Source: a virus
Taxonomy: Duplodnaviria > Caudoviricetes
Virus record (IMG/VR): IMGVR_UViG_3300017766_003347
Span: 1 to 36,611 of that record
Reading direction: 5' to 3' (one strand)
Length of the DNA stretch: 36,611 bases
The notes beneath the pieces are model-generated. The model searched no databases. It was not told the DNA's origin and saw nothing but the letters and a program-made list of their open reading frames with translations. The position numbers were made by a program, and so were the translations under genes. This document shows positions 7,735 to 15,903 of the stretch, piece by piece (within the stretch, counting starts at the first letter, position 1; each line of letters starts with the position of its first letter).

Positions 7735-8745
7735 ATGACGAAAACGATCGAGAACCTGCGGGGCGGCGTGGCGCGCGTCGCGATGATGACGGGGCCTGGC
7801 TGGCCGCAAATCAACTTCGCGCCCGATGATGAGAAGGGAGCCGGCGACCCTCCGGGGGATGACGCGCCCCCCGCGGGCGACCCTCCTGCCGGCGACCCGG
7901 CACCTTCTCGAATGGCTGGCGCGGGTGGCCTACTCGGCAAGCGCACGCCTCCTGCCGCTGATCCGAAAGAGGAAGAAGGCGACGACAAGAAAGGCCTCCT
8001 GAACGATGGCCGGCCTGAGCATGTCCCGGCGAAGTTTTGGGACGCTGAGAAGAAGGCGCCCAAATACGAGGAAATGGCGAAATCCTACGGCGACCTTGAA
8101 AAGCAGCTTGGCACGCTCAAGCGGTCAAAGTCCGGTGCAGATGACGACGTGCCGGCCGACGAAGCGGGCTATTTCAAAGACGGCATTACGTTGCCGGATG
8201 AGGTGGATCGCCTGGAATTGCTGCCCGACGATCCGGGCTTGAAGGTCGCCGGGGCCGTGTTCCTGAAAGAGGGGATCGGCGCGGCGAAGGCCACGCGGAT
8301 CATTACCGAGATCTTCAAGGGCATGAACGAACACATGCCGGAACCGATCGACCCGGATAAGGAACACGCGAAGCTTGGCAAGGGCGCGGATGCGCTGATC
8401 GATGCGACATTCTCGTGGCTTGAAGGCGGCGAGCTGGCCGGCAAATTCTCCTCGGACGACATCGACGTGGCAATGCAGCTCGGGCAGACCGCGGCCGGCG
8501 TGCGGTTCCTGGCGAAGATGCGGGCCATGTCGGGAGAACAGGCAATCCCGATTGATCCCGGCACAGGTCAGCGCGGCATGTCGCAAGAACAGTGGCACGA
8601 GGAACATAAGGCGGCGGTCAAGGCGAAGGACTACAAGCGCCAAGACGAGCTTGAGGAAATGGGGAAATTCATCAACGGCACTGATCCGTCACATGGCGGC
8701 CGGGCTGGCGGCGTGAACTCCGAAAAGTCGGTTGCGCGCCGATAA
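7735..8745 (+). CDS. Capsid scaffolding/assembly protein
   Basis: AAGGA RBS. Pro/Asp-rich N-terminus, RPEHVPAKFW and KSYGDLEKQLG motifs, located upstream of the capsid gene. Confidence 0.85.
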   Translation: MTKTIENLRGGVARVAMMTGPGWPQINFAPDDEKGAGDPPGDDAPPAGDPPAGDPAPSRMAGAGGLLGKRTPPAADPKEEEGDDKKGLLNDGRPEHVPAKFWDAEKKAPKYEEMAKSYGDLEKQLGTLKRSKSGADDDVPADEAGYFKDGITLPDEVDRLELLPDDPGLKVAGAVFLKEGIGAAKATRIITEIFKGMNEHMPEPIDPDKEHAKLGKGADALIDATFSWLEGGELAGKFSSDDIDVAMQLGQTAAGVRFLAKMRAMSGEQAIPIDPGTGQRGMSQEQWHEEHKAAVKAKDYKRQDELEEMGKFINGTDPSHGGRAGGVNSEKSVARR

Positions 8746-8806
8746 GATCCGTGAGACAAATCGCGTGCTGGTCGTCTCCACCTCTGGCACATGGGAAACC
8801 TCCGAG

Positions 8807-8845
8807 GCCCGCCACATTCCGCAATGTGGCGGGCTTTGGCGTTTT
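8807..8845 (+). terminator. Hairpin/terminator after scaffold gene
   Basis: GCCCGCCACATT-ccgc-AATGTGGCGGGC (12-bp perfect stem), then TTTGGCGTTTT. Confidence 0.7.
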
Positions 8846-8847
8846 AT

Positions 8848-8940
8848 GAGAGGGTGCGTAAGCCGGTTAGCTGGTCGTACCGGTGGCGGGGCTTCCGCCG
8901 CGTGAGTTCAAGAGTTCAAATCTCTTCCGCCCTCTCGCCT
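8848..8940 (+). ncRNA. tRNA-like structured element (non-canonical or pseudo-tRNA)
   Basis: Terminal stem GAGAGGGTG/CGCCCTCTC. T-arm AAGAG-TTCAAAT-CTCTT. D-like arm CCGGT-tagctggtcgt-ACCGG. Third arm GGCGG-ggctt-CCGCC. Ends GCCT. Confidence 0.6.
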
Positions 8941-8968
8941 TGACATTTATCGGGGCTCGGAACATCTT
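8940..8968 (+). promoter_or_regulatory. Putative sigma70 promoter for capsid operon
   Basis: TTGACA-17 bp-CATCTT, about 160 bp upstream of the capsid ATG. The -10 element is weak. Confidence 0.5.
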
Positions 8969-9130
8969 CCGCAAATCGGGCCTGGACCTAACCGATCGCC
9001 GGCCTCCTTCCCCGATAGAACACGCGGCCCGAACCTCTCGCGAACCTAATCCGGCCTCCGGACCTTCGCCGCCCCGTTCGCTTCAACCGCTGAACCTTCC
9101 GAACCATTTCAGCAACGAAAGCGACACACG

Positions 9131-9976
9131 ATGTCCCGCAATCTTACCGCCAACGAACAGGCCTCTTTCGACAGCCGCGTGAAGGCTGCATACGAACTCG
9201 GCGGCCTCCTCCGCTCCACCGTCGAAATCGCCGACAATATTGTTGGCTCGACGCACCGTTTCCACCTGATGGGTAAGGGCCTCGCCACGAAGCGGATCGA
9301 CCAGACCGATGTCGTGCCGATGAACATCGTCCACGGCAACGCCACGGCGACGCTGGAAGACTGGAACGCGGCCGAATATACCGGCATCTTCAATCAGCAG
9401 AAGGTGCCGTACAAGGAACAGGACAAGCTTGCGACCGTCATTGCGAACGCCATCGGTCGCCGCGAAGATCAGCTCATTCTTGACGCGCTCGACGCCGCCG
9501 CAACCACGCTCACGGTCGCGACTTCGGTCGGCGGCGCCGCGACCGGCCTGAACACGGCGAAGATGCGCCGCGCTGCGATGCTCATGAACCGCGCCGGCGT
9601 GCCGCGCATGAAGGGCGAACGCACGTTCGTTATCTCGGCGGAAGGCCTGGAAAACCTCTTGGGCGATCCGGACGCGAACACGATCGACAAGAACAACATC
9701 AAGACGCTGTATGACGGTGAAATCTCGCACTGGCTCGGCTTCGAAATCGTTGTGATGGAAGATCGCGCGGAAGGCGGCCTTCCGAAGGTCGGCAACATCC
9801 GGACGAACTTCGCCTATCACCGCCCGGCGATCGGCCTCGCGGTCGGCATCAACATGCGGACGGAGGTCAATTACATCCCCGTCAAAACGTCGTACCTCGC
9901 CAACGGGATTTTCTCGGCCGGCGCTGTCGCGATCGACCCGACTGGCATCGTGGAAATCGAGACGACGGAGGCTTAA
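9131..9976 (+). CDS. Major capsid protein (HK97 fold)
   Basis: 281 aa after scaffold. AIGRREDQLILDAL, WLGFEIV and EVNYIPVKTSYL...GAVAIDPTGIVEI match podovirus capsid families. Confidence 0.92.
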   Translation: MSRNLTANEQASFDSRVKAAYELGGLLRSTVEIADNIVGSTHRFHLMGKGLATKRIDQTDVVPMNIVHGNATATLEDWNAAEYTGIFNQQKVPYKEQDKLATVIANAIGRREDQLILDALDAAATTLTVATSVGGAATGLNTAKMRRAAMLMNRAGVPRMKGERTFVISAEGLENLLGDPDANTIDKNNIKTLYDGEISHWLGFEIVVMEDRAEGGLPKVGNIRTNFAYHRPAIGLAVGINMRTEVNYIPVKTSYLANGIFSAGAVAIDPTGIVEIETTEA

Positions 9977-10023
9977 CGGCCTCCTGTCTCGCTCCTCCCG
10001 CACTCGTTTGAAGGACTGCAAAC

Positions 10024-10272
10024 ATGGCAATGGACAAGAAGTTTTTCGATCCCACGGGTTCCGGTTCCAAGGGCACCGGCATTCGCGCGATCTACAATCA
10101 CCCAACCGACACGAAGGCCACGATCAAGACCGCCGGCTATTTCAATTCGGTCGCGAACGAAATGGTGCGGATCAAGACGATCCTGATCATTTCGAGTGAC
10201 GCGACATTCGAAGCGAAAGTTTCGGTTGCCTCGGGCGTCGTCACGATCGCGGCACTCGACACTTTCGCGTAA
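10024..10272 (+). CDS. Putative capsid decoration/cement protein
   Basis: 82 aa directly after the capsid gene and before a terminator. DT.ATI.TAGYFN motif; AAGGA RBS. Confidence 0.75.
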   Translation: MAMDKKFFDPTGSGSKGTGIRAIYNHPTDTKATIKTAGYFNSVANEMVRIKTILIISSDATFEAKVSVASGVVTIAALDTFA

Positions 10273-10299
10273 TCTGCCCTTGCTGTTGGGCTAGACTGG

Positions 10300-10332
10300 C
10301 GGGCGGCGATGGGAAACCACGCCGCCCGTTTT
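10300..10332 (+). terminator. Intrinsic terminator after capsid and decoration genes
   Basis: CGGGCGGCG(a)TGG-gaaa-CCACGCCGCCCG followed by TTTT. Confidence 0.7.
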
Positions 10333-10350
10333 GCTTTGAGAGGATGGACA

Positions 10351-10989
10351 ATGGCCGACACCGATATTGCAATCTGCTCGCGCGCGCTGATCAAGCTCGG
10401 CGAATTCCCCATCGACACCCTGACCGATCCGCAGACGACGCCGGGCCAGATCTGCGCGATCCAGTATCCGCCGTTGCGTGACGCGCTCATGTCCAAGTAC
10501 GAATGGCGCTTCCTCATGCGGAAGGTCGAGCTTTCCCGCGACAGCGAGCGGCCAATCGGCGAGTGGTCCTATTCGTTCGTCCTGCCGTCCGACATCCTCG
10601 CCGGGCCTCATGCCGTGTTTACCTCGGCCCAGGCGATGGTCCCGACATCGCAATTCGAGATCTTCGGGAGGCGCGTCTATTCGAACGACGAACGCCTGTG
10701 GATCGACTACGCCGCGCGCCTGCCGGAAGATCAGTGGCCGTCATGGTTTTCGGAGCTGGTCGTTGCCGCGCTCTGCGCCGATATCGGTTTCACGATCACG
10801 GAACAGCAGAGCGTCGCGGATCGCTGGTGGAGCGTCGCCTACGGCACGCCCTCGGAAGGCGGATCGGGCGGCATTATGGGGCAAGCGATGTCGATCGACA
10901 GCCAGTCGAGCGGGAATATCGGCTTCCGCGATGACACGTTTATCAATGCGCGCTTCGGCGGTTATGTGCCTTGGGGAGGTGGCTTCTGA
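10351..10989 (+). CDS. Tail adaptor (tail tubular protein A, T7 gp11-like)
   Basis: GAGGA RBS. ICSRALIKLGE, W.F..RKVEL, WSYSFVLPSD. Confidence 0.88.
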   Translation: MADTDIAICSRALIKLGEFPIDTLTDPQTTPGQICAIQYPPLRDALMSKYEWRFLMRKVELSRDSERPIGEWSYSFVLPSDILAGPHAVFTSAQAMVPTSQFEIFGRRVYSNDERLWIDYAARLPEDQWPSWFSELVVAALCADIGFTITEQQSVADRWWSVAYGTPSEGGSGGIMGQAMSIDSQSSGNIGFRDDTFINARFGGYVPWGGGF

Positions 10990-13145
10990 TGGGAATGCGT
11001 CAGCTCAAGACGAATTTCGTCAACGGCGAACTCGATCCGCTGTTGCTCGGCCGATCCGACACGAAGGCGTATTTCAACGCAGCGGAATATATGCGCAACG
11101 TGATCGTTCTTCCCCAGGGCGGCGGGCGAACGCGGGCGGGCTCTCGCTATCTCTGGACGGTGCCTAACATTCCCGACATTGACGGCGGCGGGATCTCGGA
11201 TGTGCGACTGGCGGAATTCCAGTTCTCGACGGAGCAAGCCTATCTGTTCGTGTTCCACCACAAGACGCTGACGATCTTCCGAAACGGCGCCGTCGTGGCG
11301 ACGAAGATCACGCCCTGGTCATCCGCGCAGCTCAAAGCGAAGATCGACGCGGAAGGCAACATGCAGTCGAGCGGCATCACGTTCACGCAAAGCCGGGATA
11401 CGATGATCGTCTTTCATGAGGACTTCCAGCCGCGGACGATCAAGCGCGGTGCGACGCACGCGGATTGGACAATCGCGAATTACACATTCAAGAACGTTCC
11501 GCAATTCGACTTCGGGGATGTGACCTATACGAACGGCGTCGATGAGGTGCAGACGCTCGACTTCCCGAACCCAGGCGATCAGGGGAATTGGCAGGAAGGC
11601 GACACGTTCAAGCTGATCTTGGAAGACGAGGAAACGACGAACATCGAGTTCACGGACCCGGCGGCGCCGCTGGCCGCTCGCATCCAGGCGGCGTTGCGGA
11701 AGCTGCCGAACACGAGCGACGACGGCATAACCGTGACCTTCTCTGGCGGCACGTCGGCAGATGATGCGAAGTTCACAATCACCTTCGGCGGGGAAGACGG
11801 TCAACGGCCGTGGGGTTCGATGTCGTTCGACACGGTGTCCACGCAACAGGTTCCGACGATCAGCGTGGTTGTCACGACGGACGGCGTGAAGCCCGGCGAA
11901 AAGGTGTGGTCCACGTTGCGCGGCTGGCCTCGCTGCGGGCTTTACTTTCAGGGACGTCTCTGGATGGCCGGCACGCGCTCGCTCCCAAATACGGTGTGGG
12001 CTTCCCGCTCCGGAGATTACAACGACTTCAATGCCAAGAAGATTGACGACGATTACGGCATCAGCGCCACGACGGACACGGACGACGTTCCGGCCTTTAT
12101 CGCCATGTATGCCGGCCGTCACCTTCAGCTTTTTTCCACCTCGGCGGAATTCTACGTCCCGGCATCGGAAAGCGACGCGATCACGCCGGCGAATATCGTC
12201 CTTCGCCGCACCACGTCGCGCGGTTGCCGGCCGGGCCTGCGCGTGTTCGAAGTGGATGGCGCGACCATGTTCGTGCAACGGCGCGGCAAGGCGCTGCGGG
12301 AACTGATCTTCGCGGATGTCGAGCTCGCCTATCAGGCGAACAGCCTTTCGCTTCTCTCCTCGCACCTCATGCGCGATCCGGTCGGGCTGGCGCTGCGGCG
12401 ATCCACTTCGACGGAGGAGGCGGATTATCTGTTCATGTCAAACGGCGATGGCACGGCGACGGTTTTCTGTACGCTGCGAAGTCAGGAGGTCAACGCTATG
12501 GCTCTCTGGAACACGCAAGGCGCATGGAACGATGTGGCCGTGGTTCTTGATGGCGTCTATTTCGCTTGCCGGCGCGTGGTCGCCGGCGTGACGCGCAATT
12601 TCATCGAGATCATGGATGACACGATGACGGTCGATTGCGGTGTGAAGGCTGGCGCCGGCGCGACCGTCTCGCTCCCGCATCTGCCAGGGATGACGATTGA
12701 GCATCTGCTCGATGGCTTCACGCAACCGCCGAAGGCTGCGGACGGCGCCGGGCTGCTCACGCTGGCGCGGCCGGCGGAGAGCTCCATTCAAGCCGGGCTC
12801 AAGTATCCGGAGGTGTTGCCGGCGCTTTACCCCGGCCTGATCTGGCTGATCAAGACGCTGCCGATCGAGGGGGATTTGCAGGATGGGCCGATGATGGGGC
12901 GGAAGCGGCGCGTTGTCGGACTGGTCGCAAGGCTGTATGAGACGACGGCTTTGACCGTCAACGGCAACCGTCTATCTTTCCAGACCTTCGGGGCGCATCT
13001 TCTCGATCAGCCTGTTACCCCGTTCACGGGTCTCAAGAAGATCGGGGGTCTCCTCGGATACGATCGCGCGGGCGGGCTCGCGATGGGAAGCGATATTTCA
13101 AAGAAGGCGACGATCCTCGCGCTCGCCTGGGAAGTGAGCGTTTAA
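10989..13145 (+). CDS. Tail nozzle (tail tubular protein B, T7 gp12/P22 gp10-like)
   Basis: NFVNGELDP, N.IVLPQGG..TRAG, GWP....FQGRLW, VWASRSGDYNDF. TGATG coupling to upstream gene. Confidence 0.9.
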   Translation: MGMRQLKTNFVNGELDPLLLGRSDTKAYFNAAEYMRNVIVLPQGGGRTRAGSRYLWTVPNIPDIDGGGISDVRLAEFQFSTEQAYLFVFHHKTLTIFRNGAVVATKITPWSSAQLKAKIDAEGNMQSSGITFTQSRDTMIVFHEDFQPRTIKRGATHADWTIANYTFKNVPQFDFGDVTYTNGVDEVQTLDFPNPGDQGNWQEGDTFKLILEDEETTNIEFTDPAAPLAARIQAALRKLPNTSDDGITVTFSGGTSADDAKFTITFGGEDGQRPWGSMSFDTVSTQQVPTISVVVTTDGVKPGEKVWSTLRGWPRCGLYFQGRLWMAGTRSLPNTVWASRSGDYNDFNAKKIDDDYGISATTDTDDVPAFIAMYAGRHLQLFSTSAEFYVPASESDAITPANIVLRRTTSRGCRPGLRVFEVDGATMFVQRRGKALRELIFADVELAYQANSLSLLSSHLMRDPVGLALRRSTSTEEADYLFMSNGDGTATVFCTLRSQEVNAMALWNTQGAWNDVAVVLDGVYFACRRVVAGVTRNFIEIMDDTMTVDCGVKAGAGATVSLPHLPGMTIEHLLDGFTQPPKAADGAGLLTLARPAESSIQAGLKYPEVLPALYPGLIWLIKTLPIEGDLQDGPMMGRKRRVVGLVARLYETTALTVNGNRLSFQTFGAHLLDQPVTPFTGLKKIGGLLGYDRAGGLAMGSDISKKATILALAWEVSV

Positions 13146-13146
13146 A

Positions 13147-13701
13147 ATGGCAGCACTATTTCCGGCCTTCATTTCTGCAATCACGGGCGGCGGCGGGGCG
13201 GCGGCCGGCGGCGCTGCGGCGGCGAGCGGGGCGGCTGCGGCCGGGGCGGGGGCGTTCAGCTCCTTCGCCTCGATCGCCTCGATCGGATCGACCGTCGTCG
13301 GCGGCCTCGCCTCGATCGCGGCGGGCAACAGGCAGGCCGCGGCGCAAGAGCAAGCAGCAATGGACAGTGAAACTCAGGCGGTGCAAGAGACGATCACGGG
13401 CCGCCAGGACGCATTGCAGGCCATGCGCCAGCTCAACCAGAACTTGGCGAAGGTCTCCGTTGCCGGCTTCGCGTCTGGTCTCGATAGCTCGGGCTCTATC
13501 TCGGCCGCGCAAAATCAGGCGTTGGAAGCCGGTCAAGCGAACATCGACATGAGCCGAACGAATGCGGCCTATGCGTCGGCCCGTCGTCGGGGCCAGTCAA
13601 ACGAGCTGCGGCGTGAAGCGACGGGCTCGCGCCTCGCCGGTTACGGCCAGGCACTTTCCGGCGGCCTGTCCCTTCTCTCTCGCCGCACTGATAGGGGTTA
13701 A
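13147..13701 (+). CDS. Internal virion (ejection) protein, small, Ala/Gly-rich
   Basis: Hydrophobic Ala/Gly N-terminus, ASGLD.SGS motif, position after nozzle. Confidence 0.8.
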   Translation: MAALFPAFISAITGGGGAAAGGAAAASGAAAAGAGAFSSFASIASIGSTVVGGLASIAAGNRQAAAQEQAAMDSETQAVQETITGRQDALQAMRQLNQNLAKVSVAGFASGLDSSGSISAAQNQALEAGQANIDMSRTNAAYASARRRGQSNELRREATGSRLAGYGQALSGGLSLLSRRTDRG

Positions 13702-13703
13702 CG

Positions 13704-15902
13704 ATGGCAGGAAATGCGACTATTCGAGGCGTGCCGCGCCAGCTTTCCAACGGCGGGGCGCCCGTCGTTCCGGCCTTGACCGCTTCACAGATCCCCACGA
13801 TCCAATATAGCAGCGGGTCCGCGCAGGCTTTGCAGTCCTTCGCTCGGGATATGTTCTCGATGTCGAAACAGTATGAGGATCAGCTTGACCAACAGGTGCA
13901 GGCAGAAGCCGCCGTGCAAGGCTCCGCGGCCGGGGCCGCCGGCGAATTCGAATATCAGGATTACGGCACGATCCGTGGCCGGGCTTTCAATCTGGCTGCT
14001 CGGGAAGCTTATGCGACGACGCTCGACACGCAAGCGATAGGCCGCCTGAACGACATTCGCGGCCAATATTGGAACGACCCTGACGGTCAGAAAGCCGCGA
14101 CGGAAAGCTACATCAACGGCGTGGCGTCGGAGTTGGCGAAGAAAGACCCGGCCCAGGCCGCCGCATTCCGCAACCGCAACCTGACGCGCGCCATGCCGGG
14201 GATCGAGGCGGCAAAGGATACCGTCTATGCTCTGACGCGCGATCAGGCAAACGCGGCGCTGATCCAGAACGAAGTAGCGTTGAACGCTGAAATCAAGGCG
14301 CAGTCGGCGGATCTCTTCAGCGAGAACCCGGAGCGCTCTCGCGCGGCCGCGCAGGCGATCGGCCTTGTCCAAGAGCAATATTTGCAGATCTATCAGGCGA
14401 AAGACCCTGGCACGGGCAAGCCGCTATATTCGGCCGTCGAGATCGCGAAGGCGAAGCGAGAGTTCATGGACAAGACCATGACGGAGGCCAGCCTGTCATG
14501 GTTCGAAGAGCAGCCCGACAAGGCGGCCGCATATCTGAAATTCTCCTCCGGGGATTTCAAGATCCAGTTGAACGACGGCGCCGGCCAGAAACAGTTCCGG
14601 GGAGACGCGCGGGCGTTCCTGAAGAACAAGACGCCGAACCACGGCCCGGATCACATCGACGGCATGAAGCCCGAAATGGCCGATCGGCTCGCGGCCATGA
14701 TTGACAGCGCGCCGCCGGCGATCAAGGAAGGGCTTCAGATTGGATCTGGCTTCCGGTCGGTAGAGCGCCAGCGCCAGCTTTTCAACGCCTCTGATCGTTC
14801 CGGTCGCATGGTTGCGCGGCCCGGTCATTCGCAGCACAACCACGGCGCGGCCGCGGATCTGAGCTTTAACGGCGCACGGCTCGACAAGGCCCCGCAAGAA
14901 GTTCGCGATTGGGTGCATTCCAATGCCGGCGCTTTTGGGCTCCGCTTCCCGATGGATTACGAGCCTTGGCATATCGAAACGCAAGAGGCCCGCGGCGGTG
15001 CGGCCCCGAAAGACACGGTGACGAGTGTCAAGGTGCGCGAGACGCTTGATCCGACGACACTTGATCGGATCGACACGGAAATGCGCCAGCGGATCGGCTT
15101 CAGCAATCAGCAGCGCGACCGGCGGGACGCTGAAGAGACGAAGCTGATCAAGGCTCAGCAGGATCTCAACAGCTTCGAATTCTTCAACCGGGCTGCGGCG
15201 CCGAAGGGCATCACGCGCGAGGAGATCACAGAAGGCGTCCGCACGGGACTGCTCAATGGCGGCGACGGCGAAAAGCTTCTGAAGTTCATCACGGCGGAAA
15301 AGCCGGAACGTTCCGACGAACCGACACGGCGCTTGATCCTTCAGCGGATCTACGACGGAGAGGACGTGAAAAACATGCTGTTCGACAATGCCGACAAGCT
15401 GCGCGGCGAGGATCTTACGTCTCTCCTGGCGCTCAACCAGACGCGGAACGTCGATGGCGACGCGAAGATGACGGAGGACCAGAAGTTCCAGCAAACGCAG
15501 CTCGACAAGCTTCTGACGCCGGATACCAACATGGCGGCCCTTGACCCCAATCGGCAAATGCGAAAGTTCACGGCGCTGAATGAATACCGCCGACGCATTC
15601 AAGATCCTGATGAGAAGATGACGCCAGAGGAGATCGCCCGCGACATTCAGGAACGGGCATTCCGCGATTTCTCAAACCTCGACATGAGCGAGTTAGGAGG
15701 CAAGGTTCGGCCGCGCTTCTCGGTTCCTTCGCCGGGCAATACGAAATATATCGACAAGCGGCAGTCCGCGATTGCGCTGCAAAAAGCCTATGACGCAAAG
15801 CAGATCACAGAGGCGGAATATCGCCGGCAGCAACGCGATCTGGTCGAATGGCTGAAGCTTCAGGATCGCGTGCAGGCGAACGCAACGGAGAAGGTGAAAT
15901 AG
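13704..15902 (+). CDS. Internal virion (ejection) protein with M15-family Zn peptidoglycan peptidase domain
   Basis: SGFRS.ERQ, ARPGHSQHNHGAAAD (SxHxxGxAxD) and EPWH motifs inside a helical protein. Confidence 0.85.
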   Translation: MAGNATIRGVPRQLSNGGAPVVPALTASQIPTIQYSSGSAQALQSFARDMFSMSKQYEDQLDQQVQAEAAVQGSAAGAAGEFEYQDYGTIRGRAFNLAAREAYATTLDTQAIGRLNDIRGQYWNDPDGQKAATESYINGVASELAKKDPAQAAAFRNRNLTRAMPGIEAAKDTVYALTRDQANAALIQNEVALNAEIKAQSADLFSENPERSRAAAQAIGLVQEQYLQIYQAKDPGTGKPLYSAVEIAKAKREFMDKTMTEASLSWFEEQPDKAAAYLKFSSGDFKIQLNDGAGQKQFRGDARAFLKNKTPNHGPDHIDGMKPEMADRLAAMIDSAPPAIKEGLQIGSGFRSVERQRQLFNASDRSGRMVARPGHSQHNHGAAADLSFNGARLDKAPQEVRDWVHSNAGAFGLRFPMDYEPWHIETQEARGGAAPKDTVTSVKVRETLDPTTLDRIDTEMRQRIGFSNQQRDRRDAEETKLIKAQQDLNSFEFFNRAAAPKGITREEITEGVRTGLLNGGDGEKLLKFITAEKPERSDEPTRRLILQRIYDGEDVKNMLFDNADKLRGEDLTSLLALNQTRNVDGDAKMTEDQKFQQTQLDKLLTPDTNMAALDPNRQMRKFTALNEYRRRIQDPDEKMTPEEIARDIQERAFRDFSNLDMSELGGKVRPRFSVPSPGNTKYIDKRQSAIALQKAYDAKQITEAEYRRQQRDLVEWLKLQDRVQANATEKVK

Positions 15903-15903
15903 C

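Noticed and set aside
7843-7905. Tandem GGCGACCC repeats as a CRISPR-like or regulatory array
   Set aside because: They encode the low-complexity AGDPP repeats of the scaffold protein
9950-10024. Programmed frameshift or read-through extending the capsid protein
   Set aside because: No slippery heptamer before the TAA, and the next gene has its own RBS
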